A DNA stretch of 64,000 nt, from NCBI GenBank assembly GCA_964373715.1, contig CAYJVR010000001.1:269888-333887 (forward strand). Direction: 5' to 3'. The notes below the pieces were generated by a model. That model was not told the origin of the DNA and searched no databases. It saw only the letters and a list, made by a program, of their open reading frames with translations. The stretch's first letter is position 1. Each line of letters begins with the position of its first letter. This DNA is from an uncultured Planctomycetia bacterium (lineage in GTDB: Bacteria > Omnitrophota > Gorgyraeia > 1-14-0-20-64-10). The position numbers and the translations under genes are program-made. Shown here piece by piece: positions 48,366-57,451 of this stretch.

Positions 48366-49206
48366 AGTTGACCCGTGCGCCGACCCGGTTCAGATGAGAT
48401 GACCAGGGTTCGCGGGACGGCAGCAGCTTGAAGGCGGCGACATCCCGGCGGCCTGAGAGAGGGGGGTTGGCACGGTGAATCAAGTTTGAATCCCAGAAAA
48501 GCACCGTTCCCGCCGGTCCTTCGATCCGTGTCCCGTCATTCTCCAGCTCTTTTCGGAACGGTTCAGCACGGAACCGGTCGAAGAAACCCTTTCTCAGCAG
48601 CCGGCGCGTGCTCTCTTTCGAGTGCAGACCGAGCGCTCCGCTGGTTCTGTCGCACTCGGTGAGGTAGACCATGATTTTGTAAATCCCCGGGGGGTAGTTG
48701 TCCGTGTGCCACAGCCCGGAGAGGTTCGGAGGCGCCGACGTGGGAACGATCCGGTAAAGCTCGCTGGTGTAAATCTTGAAGTGCGACCCAAAACAAGCTT
48801 CGGCCACCGCGGCCACCTTCGGGTTGATCAGCTGCGCGATCTCCGGGACTCGCGCCATGCTTTCGTTAAACTGGAGGAACCAGTCCTCTTCAGGCAGCAC
48901 CCGGAGGTGGCCGGCGTTTGCTAGCTCCTCGCACTTCGAACGGATCGTTTCCAGCAGGCCCGGTTCATAACCGGGGTTGAAAATGACATACCCGTCCCGG
49001 CGGAAGTGTGCCGCGAAATCAGCTGCCTCAGGAGAAAGCGTTTTACCCGCGCGGCGGAAGGCCCGGCGGCATTCCGCGTGGTGCCGCAGGTACCGGAAGT
49101 TCTTGCCCCATGGGGTCCGGTTTCCGAAAATCGCTTGGTCCGGACGCAGGCCTTCCAGGCCGGGATACTGGTTCCGCAGGTTCCGGTAAATTGTTTTTAC
49201 GGTCAT
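48319..49206 (-). CDS. Fe(II)/2-oxoglutarate-dependent dioxygenase, PhyH-like
   Basis: H-x-D…H triad in LWHTDNYP and SNLIHRANPP, with an Arg in SGRRD. Confidence 0.6.
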   Translation of the reverse strand: MTVKTIYRNLRNQYPGLEGLRPDQAIFGNRTPWGKNFRYLRHHAECRRAFRRAGKTLSPEAADFAAHFRRDGYVIFNPGYEPGLLETIRSKCEELANAGHLRVLPEEDWFLQFNESMARVPEIAQLINPKVAAVAEACFGSHFKIYTSELYRIVPTSAPPNLSGLWHTDNYPPGIYKIMVYLTECDRTSGALGLHSKESTRRLLRKGFFDRFRAEPFRKELENDGTRIEGPAGTVLFWDSNLIHRANPPLSGRRDVAAFKLLPSREPWSSHLNRVGARVNYESRPEQTPADPSAD

Positions 49207-50423
49207 TTTGATTGCGTTCCGTTGACCGGCGGTTTCCCGTTCTTCTGCAGGCCTGCCAGGTACTGCGCCGCCGTTTCCCTGCGCCGGGGCCGCTTGATGA
49301 ACGCGGCCATATGATAGTTCGACATGAGGTCCGACATACCGACATCCGGCCGGAACTTGCGCACGTCCTCCAGGATGCCGCTCAGCCGCGTCTCCTCAAA
49401 CTGGTTCAGCAGCCGCGGTGTCATCGCGGCCCGGAAGTGTGTCAGGTGCGGCGGGTATAGCCGCCTGGACCCGATGAGTTCCATGTCGCAGCGGTCCGCC
49501 ATCCGGATATAGTCGTCCAGCGTCGGGCGCTGTTTGCCGAAATGGAAGTAGTTGTACCGGCCGAGCCAGTCCTCCTGGTCCTCCGGATGAAATTCCCGGA
49601 TGTAGCGCCGGAAATCCTCCGAGCTCAGCCGCTGGCTCACGTAGGGAAATTTCCCGATCACCAGTGAGGAATTGACCGGGAACCACCAGTTGTCGCTCAG
49701 GAAGACAAACATCCCCCCGTCAGGCAGCAGTTCGCTCACCTTCGCGATCTTCCGTTCAGCGTCAAAGCAGGGCATCGAGCAGATGGAGGTGATCAGGTCG
49801 AACTTCTGGTTTTCCACCGTGTAGAGATCCTGCACGAGGAACTTGTCGATCGCCGGCACCGCGCGCAGCCGCATGTTCCAGAAAACGGAGCCGGGCGGAG
49901 GCATATAGCCGAAGACGGCGAAGGTCCGGGTCAGCCGTTTCCCTCCCCAGGTATCTTCTCCGACCAGGAACCGCTTCATCCGCGGCGAGAACCGGGCCAC
50001 GTCACACGCGGTCTTGTAGCGGATCCAGTGCTTCAGGAAGCGTCCCGTGGACAGCCGCTTGCCGAAATCGGCCAGCTCCAGGTTGGCCGCCCACCCGGCC
50101 CGCCCTTCCCCGCGCAGGAACCGGGAGACGGTCCCTTCCGCCCCGCCGATGTCGAGGGACCTGTCCCATCTCTTTTTCACGCCGAGGCTCTCAAGGAAAT
50201 CGATCACGATCGAATATTCGTACGCGTCCTTGATGAACCCGTCGATCCCGAACGGGGTCATCCCCTCATACCCTTCCGGCGGAGGTGTGGTGTCCGACTT
50301 CCTCGCGTGGATGTGGGCTTCCTGGTAGCCTGGAATGCACGCGATGTTCTTCCCGAACGATGTTGTAAAATCTGTTTTCACCGTCTGTCCATTTGTTTTT
50401 TCCTCAGAAAGGCTGTTATGCAT
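49203..50423 (-). CDS. class I SAM-dependent methyltransferase
   Basis: LDIGGAEGTVSRFL motif I and FDLITSICSM. Confidence 0.6.
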   Translation of the reverse strand: MHNSLSEEKTNGQTVKTDFTTSFGKNIACIPGYQEAHIHARKSDTTPPPEGYEGMTPFGIDGFIKDAYEYSIVIDFLESLGVKKRWDRSLDIGGAEGTVSRFLRGEGRAGWAANLELADFGKRLSTGRFLKHWIRYKTACDVARFSPRMKRFLVGEDTWGGKRLTRTFAVFGYMPPPGSVFWNMRLRAVPAIDKFLVQDLYTVENQKFDLITSICSMPCFDAERKIAKVSELLPDGGMFVFLSDNWWFPVNSSLVIGKFPYVSQRLSSEDFRRYIREFHPEDQEDWLGRYNYFHFGKQRPTLDDYIRMADRCDMELIGSRRLYPPHLTHFRAAMTPRLLNQFEETRLSGILEDVRKFRPDVGMSDLMSNYHMAAFIKRPRRRETAAQYLAGLQKNGKPPVNGTQSK

Positions 50424-51225
50424 GGAGCGGCATCTCCACCGGAGCCCGCATGATTTTCACCATCCGGTCTATTTCGGAAAGCTCGTGAGGGTGGATGTTC
50501 TGCCAGTCCGGCGGGAATTCGCACCGGAGGCCGTATTTTCGGCACAGCCGCTCGAAAACCGAGCGGTTGAAGAAGAAGTGGCGCAGCGTGGCCATCTTGA
50601 CTTCCCCCTTGGCCAGCTCGGTGTAGTTGCCGAGAAAGATCCCGTTCTCGTCGAGGAGTTCCGGCAGGTTCTTGATCAGCAGCTCGATATCGTCGACCGG
50701 CATATGGCTGAGCACTCCGTGCAACCAGATGTAGTCGAATTCCCTGCCGTTGAGCTTACCCAAGTCCATCGTCGGAGAAGCGACCAGTGCCGGCTGTTTG
50801 GCGGTGAGCTCGAATTTTTCGATGAAGCGCTGTCCCTGCGCGAGCCGTCCCCGGGAGATGTCCATGCCGGTGTATTTGCCGGGCTCCAGGTACCGGACGA
50901 AATGGATGCCTGCTCTCAGGTACCCGCAGCCGTAGTCGAGCAGAGAGTGGCGGGGTTCCAACCCGTGCTTTTTCACGTACTCGAGCTGGTTGTTCCCCAT
51001 CTCCACCTCGAACCCCTCGATGTAGGGCAAATCGGGAGTGTCGGCGAGGCTGTCCAGGGTTTTGGCGTACCACTCCTTGTAGCTCATGCCCCGCATCCGG
51101 TGGAACGCGTATGAGATGTAGTTGTAATGGTAGTTCCACCGCAAGAATGCCGCCACCTTGCGGATTCCGGGAAAACGGTTTGCCGCACGGCGGTAGGCGC
51201 TCTTTAAACTGTGCTTAAGGTTCAC
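50416..51225 (-). CDS. class I SAM-dependent methyltransferase
   Basis: LLDYGCGYLRAGIHF and FDYIWLHGVLSHM. Confidence 0.65.
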   Translation of the reverse strand: MNLKHSLKSAYRRAANRFPGIRKVAAFLRWNYHYNYISYAFHRMRGMSYKEWYAKTLDSLADTPDLPYIEGFEVEMGNNQLEYVKKHGLEPRHSLLDYGCGYLRAGIHFVRYLEPGKYTGMDISRGRLAQGQRFIEKFELTAKQPALVASPTMDLGKLNGREFDYIWLHGVLSHMPVDDIELLIKNLPELLDENGIFLGNYTELAKGEVKMATLRHFFFNRSVFERLCRKYGLRCEFPPDWQNIHPHELSEIDRMVKIMRAPVEMPLHA

Positions 51226-52406
51226 GATCTTTTCTCCTTTTGTTTAATCAACTCGGCGTACCACCGCTCGTAGGATACCGCCATGGTTTTTGCGTCAAAG
51301 TGGTTTTGAACGGTTTGTTTCGCCGCGGGTGTAAGTTGTCTGCCGAACGAAGGGTTCAGCAGTATCTTTTTGATTCCGCCCGCGAGCGCCGATGGGTTCC
51401 CGGGCGGAACCAGAAGCCCGTTCTTCCCGTTCAGGATGATCTCCGGTATCCCTCCCGAAGAGCAGGCGACCACCGGCACGCCGAGAGTCATCGCTTCAAG
51501 GACAGCGATGCCGAACGGTTCCCAGAGAGAGGGAAAGACGAACAGATCGCTTCCGTTCACCAGCGCTGGAGCGTCGTTCCTGGCGCCGAGGAAGCGGATC
51601 TGCTCCGACAGCCCCAATGCGCGGCTCTTTTTCTCGAGATGTTTTCGCTCGGGGCCTTCTCCCACTAGCAGGCATTCCAGGGGCAGATCCGGCTGGAGCT
51701 CTTTGATCGCTTCCAGCAAGACGCTATGCCCCTTGAACGGGACGAAGTTGGCCACTGTGACGATCCTCTTGCGGGCGGCCGTCTTCTGTTCCGGGCCGTT
51801 TGCCCCATTCGGAGAACCGTTGACTTGGGCTCGGACCTCTGCAACGTCCACGCTGTTGTGAATGACTCGGACCTTTGCCGGATCGATTTTCAGCCCCGGC
51901 CTGGAGCAAACCGCTTTTTTGACCGCTTGTGAGCAGGCGGCCAGGCCGTCGAAAGAGCGGTAGAGAGAGCGGTAAAACCCCGAGACCGCTTTCCACCGGA
52001 TGCGCCGGGCACCGTGCTCTGTTTCCCAGAGGAAATTGATCCCCTGGATCGTCGAGACGAGATGGGGCACCGGCGCCAGCCGGGTGGCGAAATAACCGTA
52101 CAGGTCCCCATGAAACAGGTGGGTGTGAACGATCTGCGGGTTCTCCCTCCGGATCAGTTTAGCGAGCCGTTTAACCGTCTTCAGCGTCGGAATTTTAGGG
52201 AAACTGAAGGCGATCCGCTTGACGCCCGGGATCCCGCCCAGCCGCCTGAAAAGCGGCGACGCCGGGCATACCACCGTGAGATCAAAATGGTTTTTGTCCA
52301 GGTGAAGCGCCAGAAGGCGAACCGTCGCCTCTCCTCCTCCCAGTGATCCGCTGGAAACGATGAACATGAGCCGGCTCTTTCGCGCCGCTGCGGCGTCAGC
52401 GCCCAT
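51222..52406 (-). CDS. glycosyltransferase family 4 (GT-B fold)
   Basis: VGEGPERKHLE…FVFPSLWEPFGIAVLEAMTLGVPVVACSSGGIPE. Confidence 0.75.
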   Translation of the reverse strand: MGADAAAARKSRLMFIVSSGSLGGGEATVRLLALHLDKNHFDLTVVCPASPLFRRLGGIPGVKRIAFSFPKIPTLKTVKRLAKLIRRENPQIVHTHLFHGDLYGYFATRLAPVPHLVSTIQGINFLWETEHGARRIRWKAVSGFYRSLYRSFDGLAACSQAVKKAVCSRPGLKIDPAKVRVIHNSVDVAEVRAQVNGSPNGANGPEQKTAARKRIVTVANFVPFKGHSVLLEAIKELQPDLPLECLLVGEGPERKHLEKKSRALGLSEQIRFLGARNDAPALVNGSDLFVFPSLWEPFGIAVLEAMTLGVPVVACSSGGIPEIILNGKNGLLVPPGNPSALAGGIKKILLNPSFGRQLTPAAKQTVQNHFDAKTMAVSYERWYAELIKQKEKRS

Positions 52407-53304
52407 CTTTTTTCTGCGCCAAAATATAAAGGGTCATCCCTGTTTCTCCGATCAGGCCAAGTCCGATATTCACCGGGACGGCGAGGCACCGGATGGCCGC
52501 CGATTTAAGCCGGTAAGCCCCGGAGGCCAGAGTTACGGAGGACTGTCTACCCGCCGCTGTTTCCTGTTTCTTCCCTCCGTGCAGCAGCCGGGTCACCAGG
52601 CCGAATTGGAGATGCTGGTGAAGGAAGCTCTCTCCCTGTTTCCAGCCGTTCGCTGTCCGCCGGATCTGAAAACCGTTCTTTTCAAGAAGGCAGGTTAAAG
52701 AGGTCCGGTTCCATTGGGTCACGTGGTTCGGCGGAAAATCCCAATCGTACCGGAACCGGGGCCACCGCTCCCTGTTCGGGACGCTCAAAACAAGGTAACC
52801 GTCCGGCTTTACTGCCGCGGCCGCCGCTTCCAGAAATTCTTTTGGAGCGGGGCTGTGCTCTAGCACCTCGAACGCGGTCACCACGTCGAACCGCCCGGTT
52901 TGTTTAAGCTCCCGGAGATCGCCGGTGAAGACCTCTTCCAGCCCGAATCGCTGCTTCGCGCTTTGGACCGCTTCGGCGTCAAAGTCAAAACCGGCAATCT
53001 CGTATCCGGCGGCTCCCGCGGCCGCGAGGAACTCTCCGGTGCCGCAGCCGACATCCAGCAGTTTCCCCCCTAAGGAGGGTGAATCCTTAAAAAATTCCCT
53101 GTGGTTCCACTGGAGTTTCGGCTTGGCGACCCTGTCACGCACGAGGTACATCTCCTGCCGGCGGTACCACTCCCCGTCCACCGAGGGCATCGGATCGGTG
53201 AAGACCAAGTCGCACGCGCTGCACCTCAAGAAATGGTACGGCGGCCGAGCTTCCTCTATCGGAGGACCCGAGACCGGCTCGGAGCAGGCCGGACAGTTGG
53301 GCAT
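52396..53304 (-). CDS. class I SAM-dependent methyltransferase with N-terminal zinc ribbon
   Basis: CPAC…(19 aa)…CSAC, followed by LLDVGCGTGEFL and FDVVTAFEVLEH. Confidence 0.65.
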   Translation of the reverse strand: MPNCPACSEPVSGPPIEEARPPYHFLRCSACDLVFTDPMPSVDGEWYRRQEMYLVRDRVAKPKLQWNHREFFKDSPSLGGKLLDVGCGTGEFLAAAGAAGYEIAGFDFDAEAVQSAKQRFGLEEVFTGDLRELKQTGRFDVVTAFEVLEHSPAPKEFLEAAAAAVKPDGYLVLSVPNRERWPRFRYDWDFPPNHVTQWNRTSLTCLLEKNGFQIRRTANGWKQGESFLHQHLQFGLVTRLLHGGKKQETAAGRQSSVTLASGAYRLKSAAIRCLAVPVNIGLGLIGETGMTLYILAQKKDGR

Positions 53305-54626
53305 CAGTGGACGATGAATCCCTCTTCTTTTGGCGCGCCGTGGCTTTTCCCGTTGCCTGGATGACCGTTCCCGGCACCGGAAGATGCCGGGACAGGCGGG
53401 AATTTCGGGTTGTAGTAGAGCCTTCGGTTCTTTTCCGAGAAGGTCCGGTCGTCCGATTGCGGCACTTGCGCTTCTTTCGCGCCGGGGTCCTGGATGTGGT
53501 GGATGATCGAATCAGTCACCCGCCACTTCCCGTTGGCCTCTTTTTTCCAGATCGAATGGTCCTTCATCGGTTCGACCGCCCCCTCGAACTCCGCCTCGGT
53601 CATCCCGAGGAACTTCAGGTAGAAATCGAGGCTCTTCGGCCTCACATGGTCGTACTCCCGGACCACCTCGATCCCCTCTTCGCGGGTCATTCGGCCGTAT
53701 CGGATTTCGGTGGAGGCGTCATCCGTTGACCGGCCGTAGCCGAACTTCAGGTACTTCATGTAGTCGTGCACCTCGTTCGCGTGGTCGTCGGTTTTCGCGC
53801 AGAGGTGGAATGTCTTGTCCCTCTTGCGGGCCAGCGGCTCGAATCCGCACTTCTCGAGCACCAACTCCGACTGGGCCTTCGGGTCCCAGTAAATGTAGTT
53901 GGTCAGGTAGATTCCCCGCACCCCGACCGATTCGATCTCTTCGTCGGTCGGATAGATGTAGGGGGCCAAATCCCGCATCGTGATGCCGCTTGCCGGGTCG
54001 TTCACGATGTCTTCCGGCTCGATCCCCCGCATGTCGTGTTCCTGGCGGACCCACTTCGTGAATTCCACCATGTCGTCCAGCGTGAAGACGCCGGTCAGCT
54101 CACCGTAATGCTCGGGCCAGACGATCAGAGGAACCTTGTACTTCACCGAGATCTGGAACGGCACCGTCATGATGCCGGCATGGTAGTGCCAGGTGATGTC
54201 GCCGACCCTCTTCACCATGTAGCGGGCGATTTTGCGGACAGATTCGGGGCTCGCGGTGAACCGGACCAGGTCCACGCCGAACCGGCTGACCAGGTTGTTC
54301 AGGTTCCGCAAGCCCAGCTCGGTGTTGAAGCAGTGGTTGAACGTGACGCACAGCGGGTTCAGCCCGTAGACCTCTTTGACCAGGTAGACCTGGAAATGGC
54401 TGTCCTTGCCGCCGCTGACCGGCACGATGCAGTCGTAGATCGCTCCCTGCCCCCTCTGCTTATCCCGGTATTCGGTCAACAGCTTCTCCAGCTTTTTCTC
54501 CCGGTCAGCCCAGTCTATCCGGTGGCGTGACTCGTGGTGACGGCAGCCGCTGCAGACCCCCTGCTCGTCGAAGAGGATAGTCGGTCTTGCGTTTTCCGGG
54601 TACAAACAACGCGCGCAGTATCTCAT
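53304..54626 (-). CDS. N-acetyl sugar amidotransferase (WbpG/WbuX/PseA family, PP-loop ATPase)
   Basis: N-terminal CARC…CSGC zinc ribbon and PP-loop VPVSGGKDS; adjacent to HisH/HisF homologs. Confidence 0.75.
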   Translation of the reverse strand: MRYCARCLYPENARPTILFDEQGVCSGCRHHESRHRIDWADREKKLEKLLTEYRDKQRGQGAIYDCIVPVSGGKDSHFQVYLVKEVYGLNPLCVTFNHCFNTELGLRNLNNLVSRFGVDLVRFTASPESVRKIARYMVKRVGDITWHYHAGIMTVPFQISVKYKVPLIVWPEHYGELTGVFTLDDMVEFTKWVRQEHDMRGIEPEDIVNDPASGITMRDLAPYIYPTDEEIESVGVRGIYLTNYIYWDPKAQSELVLEKCGFEPLARKRDKTFHLCAKTDDHANEVHDYMKYLKFGYGRSTDDASTEIRYGRMTREEGIEVVREYDHVRPKSLDFYLKFLGMTEAEFEGAVEPMKDHSIWKKEANGKWRVTDSIIHHIQDPGAKEAQVPQSDDRTFSEKNRRLYYNPKFPPVPASSGAGNGHPGNGKSHGAPKEEGFIVH

Positions 54627-55396
54627 CGGACCTCAATGCCTGCCTTTCGCAAATGTTCTTTCGCTTTTTTTGTGCTGTGTTCCGTGAAGTGGAAAACGTT
54701 CGCCGCCGAGACCGCTTCTACACCGGTCGAAATTCCTTCGGCCAGGTGTTCCCATTCAAACGCCCCGCCGAAAGCGATGACCGGGATGGATACCGCGTGC
54801 GCCACCTCGCGCATCAGTTCCAGGTCGTAGCCGTTCCGGGAGCCGTCATGGTCGATCGAGGTGAGGAAGATTTCCCCCGCCCCCCGGGCTTCGGCCTTTT
54901 TTGCCCACTCGACCGGCGTCATGGGCGTCGCTTCCCGGCCCCGGTCGATATAAACCCGCAGTCCGCCGGTCTCTCTCCGCACATCAATCGAGACCACGAT
55001 GCATTGACTGCCGAAAATTTTCGCGCAGTCGGTGATAAATTCCGGCCGGCGGACCGCTTCGGTGTTGACCGCCACCTTATCCGCTCCAAGCCTCAGCAGG
55101 TTCTTTACCTCCTCCGGCGATGTGACCCAGCCTCCCGCGGTCAGCGGAACAGTGCATTTCTTTGAAATTGCAGATATTGCGTCATAAAATTTCTGCCGGT
55201 TCTCTGTGGTGCGACTCACATCGAGCAGGACGATCTCATCCACCGCCCACTTGTTGAAGAAGTCAACTGCGGTTTCCGGCTTCCAATGGAGCACATTGGT
55301 ATGCCGGAATCCGACGCTCTGGACCACTTGGCCGTTACGCAGGATAAGGACAGGAATCAGCCGTTTTTTCAGCATAGTTTCGCGCAATTGACGCAA
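54623..55396 (-). CDS. hisF: imidazole glycerol phosphate synthase cyclase subunit homolog (HisF-like; LPS-type)
   Basis: KRLIPVLILRNGQVV…AGGWV…GADKVAVNT…[10 protein letters not shown]…IAFGGA. Confidence 0.85.
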   Translation of the reverse strand: MRQLRETMLKKRLIPVLILRNGQVVQSVGFRHTNVLHWKPETAVDFFNKWAVDEIVLLDVSRTTENRQKFYDAISAISKKCTVPLTAGGWVTSPEEVKNLLRLGADKVAVNTEAVRRPEFITDCAKIFGSQCIVVSIDVRRETGGLRVYIDRGREATPMTPVEWAKKAEARGAGEIFLTSIDHDGSRNGYDLELMREVAHAVSIPVIAFGGAFEWEHLAEGISTGVEAVSAANVFHFTEHSTKKAKEHLRKAGIEVR

Positions 55397-56006
55397 AGTT
55401 TTCCAGGAGTTTTAAGCCTACCCTCTGGCTTTTCTCCGGATGAAACTGAAGGCCATAAATGTTTTCTTTTTGGACGCTCGCTACAATTTCTGTCCCATGC
55501 CAGCATGTGGAAGTGATAACGGAATATTCTTCTGGCGCCACGACCATCTGGAAGCTATGAACGAAATAAAAAACAGGATCTTCCGGTAGTGCTTCAAATA
55601 AACCGCCGGTTTTTTTTATATCGAGATCGTTCCAGCCCATATGAGGAATCTTAAACTTCACGTCTGCAGGACGGATCCTTTTGACGCCGCTCTTAATCCA
55701 GCCAAATCCTGAATCAAGGCCGCCTTCTTCGCTGACTCCCTCGGCTAAAAACTGCATGCCCAAACAAATGCCTAGGTAGGGTTTTTTCTTTTCCTGCACT
55801 TCTTCGAAGAGGGGCTTAATTAATCCGGAGCGAGATAGATTCCTTATGCCGTCACTAAAAGCACCAACTCCGGGCACAACAATTGCTGATGCGTTTTGTA
55901 AATCAGCCGCTTTTCTCGCGATCTGCACTTTCTCGCCGATCGCCTCGAACGCGTTGGCGACCGACCGCAGATTCCCCATCCCGTAATCCACCAGCGCGAG
56001 CCGCAT
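55335..56006 (-). CDS. hisH: glutamine amidotransferase subunit homolog (HisH-like; LPS-type)
   Basis: [16 protein letters not shown]…PGVGAF…GICLGMQ…HSF…QFHPEKS (Cys-His-Glu triad context). Confidence 0.85.
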   Translation of the reverse strand: MRLALVDYGMGNLRSVANAFEAIGEKVQIARKAADLQNASAIVVPGVGAFSDGIRNLSRSGLIKPLFEEVQEKKKPYLGICLGMQFLAEGVSEEGGLDSGFGWIKSGVKRIRPADVKFKIPHMGWNDLDIKKTGGLFEALPEDPVFYFVHSFQMVVAPEEYSVITSTCWHGTEIVASVQKENIYGLQFHPEKSQRVGLKLLENFASIARNYAEKTADSCPYPA

Positions 56007-56650
56007 TAGTTTCTCACCGGGTAACCGCCCCTGCGATTCAGGAACGCTTTTGCTTTAATGGGGCTGATGTCGCGAAAATGGAATATAGATGCAGCGGCAG
56101 CGCCGGTAGCCAATCCCTGGCTAAATGCGAGCGCGAGATCTTCTAATTTACCTGCTCCGCCCGAGATGATTACCGGGATCTTCACTGCTTTGCAGATTGA
56201 TTGGGCAAGCTCAAGATCATACCCTTCCATGGTTCCGTCTCTATCTATCGAAGTGAGTAAGATTTCTCCGGCCCCTAACGCCTCAATCTTTTTCGCCCAA
56301 TCCAAAGGGTTCATTCCGGTCCCGTTGCTGCCGCTATGAGTCATGACTTCATATGAATTGCCATTCTTTTTTGCATCAATTGAAACCACAATGCACTGGC
56401 TGCCAAAGATCTTGGCCGCTTCTCTTATAAACTCCGGATTTTGAACCGCAGCGGTGTTAACAACAACCTTGTCAGCGCCAACAAGTAAAAGCTTTCGAAT
56501 ATCTTCGACGGTCCGAATGCCTCCGCCAACAGTCAGCGGCATAAAAACCCGCCCAGAAATTTCAGAAACGGCATTTGCTAATTGGTCAATGCCGCGCTCT
56601 TCTGTGGTTGCGCGAAAATCAAGAAAGACGAGTTCATCTGCTAGCTGGGC
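55380..56650. other. local GC dip (about 45-50% against about 60% in flanks), covering the standalone hisH and the HisF-domain half of the hisHF fusion
   Basis: 60-nt windows inside this patch count 35-50% GC, for example 55561-55620 about 35% and 56461-56520 about 42%. Flanking windows at 54721-54780 and 56881-57000 count about 60%. Confidence 0.55.
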
Positions 56651-57451
56651 GTCGTAGACCATCGGGGCCTTGACCGGGTGGCCGACGTCATGGCGGATGC
56701 CGTTTTCCTGGATCTGGAACCGGACCGTCTTCGTGAGCCGCCCTTTGTTGTACAAGAGGGTCGGGATCAGCCGGATGTTTGGCGTCTTTTTCTCGTTGGT
56801 TTTAAGGGTCCCCAAGGGTTCGGTTTCTTCAGTTGTTGGATCCCAGGTAAGAAAATTCTTTAACAGGCCGAGGCCGGCTTCCTGGCTCTTCTCCGGGTGG
56901 AACTGGACCCCGGCGATGTTCTCCTTGACGATCGCCGAGTGGAACGTTTCCCCGTATGCGGTGGTGGCGGCGACAGCCGCCAGGTTATCGGACACGACAT
57001 GGTAGCCGTGCACGAAATAGAAATAAGGGACCCGCTTCAATCCTTTAAAGAGGAAACTGGGCCGGGCCGGGACCGCTTCGTCCCACCCAATGTGGAGCGT
57101 TTTCAGAGAGCCGTTTCTTTTGAAAGGTTTAACGCCGGCGGACACCCATCCGAGGCCCGGATGCCGCCCCTGTTCCAAGCTCTCTTTCGCGAGCAACTGC
57201 ATGCCGAGGCAGATGCCGAGAAACGGGGTTTTCCTGACCCGCACTGTTTTTGTCAGCGGCCCGATCAGCCCAAGTTTGTCCAGGTTCTGCATCCCCTGGC
57301 CGAACGCGCCGACCCCCGGCAGAACGATCTTTTCCGCGTTCTCTATGTCGGCCGGACGGCTGGTCACCTGGACTTCGGCGTTCAGCGTTTCGAACGCCCG
57401 GGCGACCGAACTCAAGTTCCCCATCCCGTAGTCGATAATGGTAACCTTCAT
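56006..57451 (-). CDS. fused HisH-HisF homolog (glutamine amidotransferase domain + cyclase domain in one polypeptide)
   Basis: The N-terminal domain [16 protein letters not shown]…GICLGMQ…QFHPEKS and the C-terminal domain [18 protein letters not shown]…GGGI…GADKVVVNT…[10 protein letters not shown]…ISGGAG are joined by the linker [22 protein letters not shown]. Start set at MKVTI (ATGA overlap). Confidence 0.8.
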   Translation of the reverse strand: MKVTIIDYGMGNLSSVARAFETLNAEVQVTSRPADIENAEKIVLPGVGAFGQGMQNLDKLGLIGPLTKTVRVRKTPFLGICLGMQLLAKESLEQGRHPGLGWVSAGVKPFKRNGSLKTLHIGWDEAVPARPSFLFKGLKRVPYFYFVHGYHVVSDNLAAVAATTAYGETFHSAIVKENIAGVQFHPEKSQEAGLGLLKNFLTWDPTTEETEPLGTLKTNEKKTPNIRLIPTLLYNKGRLTKTVRFQIQENGIRHDVGHPVKAPMVYDAQLADELVFLDFRATTEERGIDQLANAVSEISGRVFMPLTVGGGIRTVEDIRKLLLVGADKVVVNTAAVQNPEFIREAAKIFGSQCIVVSIDAKKNGNSYEVMTHSGSNGTGMNPLDWAKKIEALGAGEILLTSIDRDGTMEGYDLELAQSICKAVKIPVIISGGAGKLEDLALAFSQGLATGAAAASIFHFRDISPIKAKAFLNRRGGYPVRN

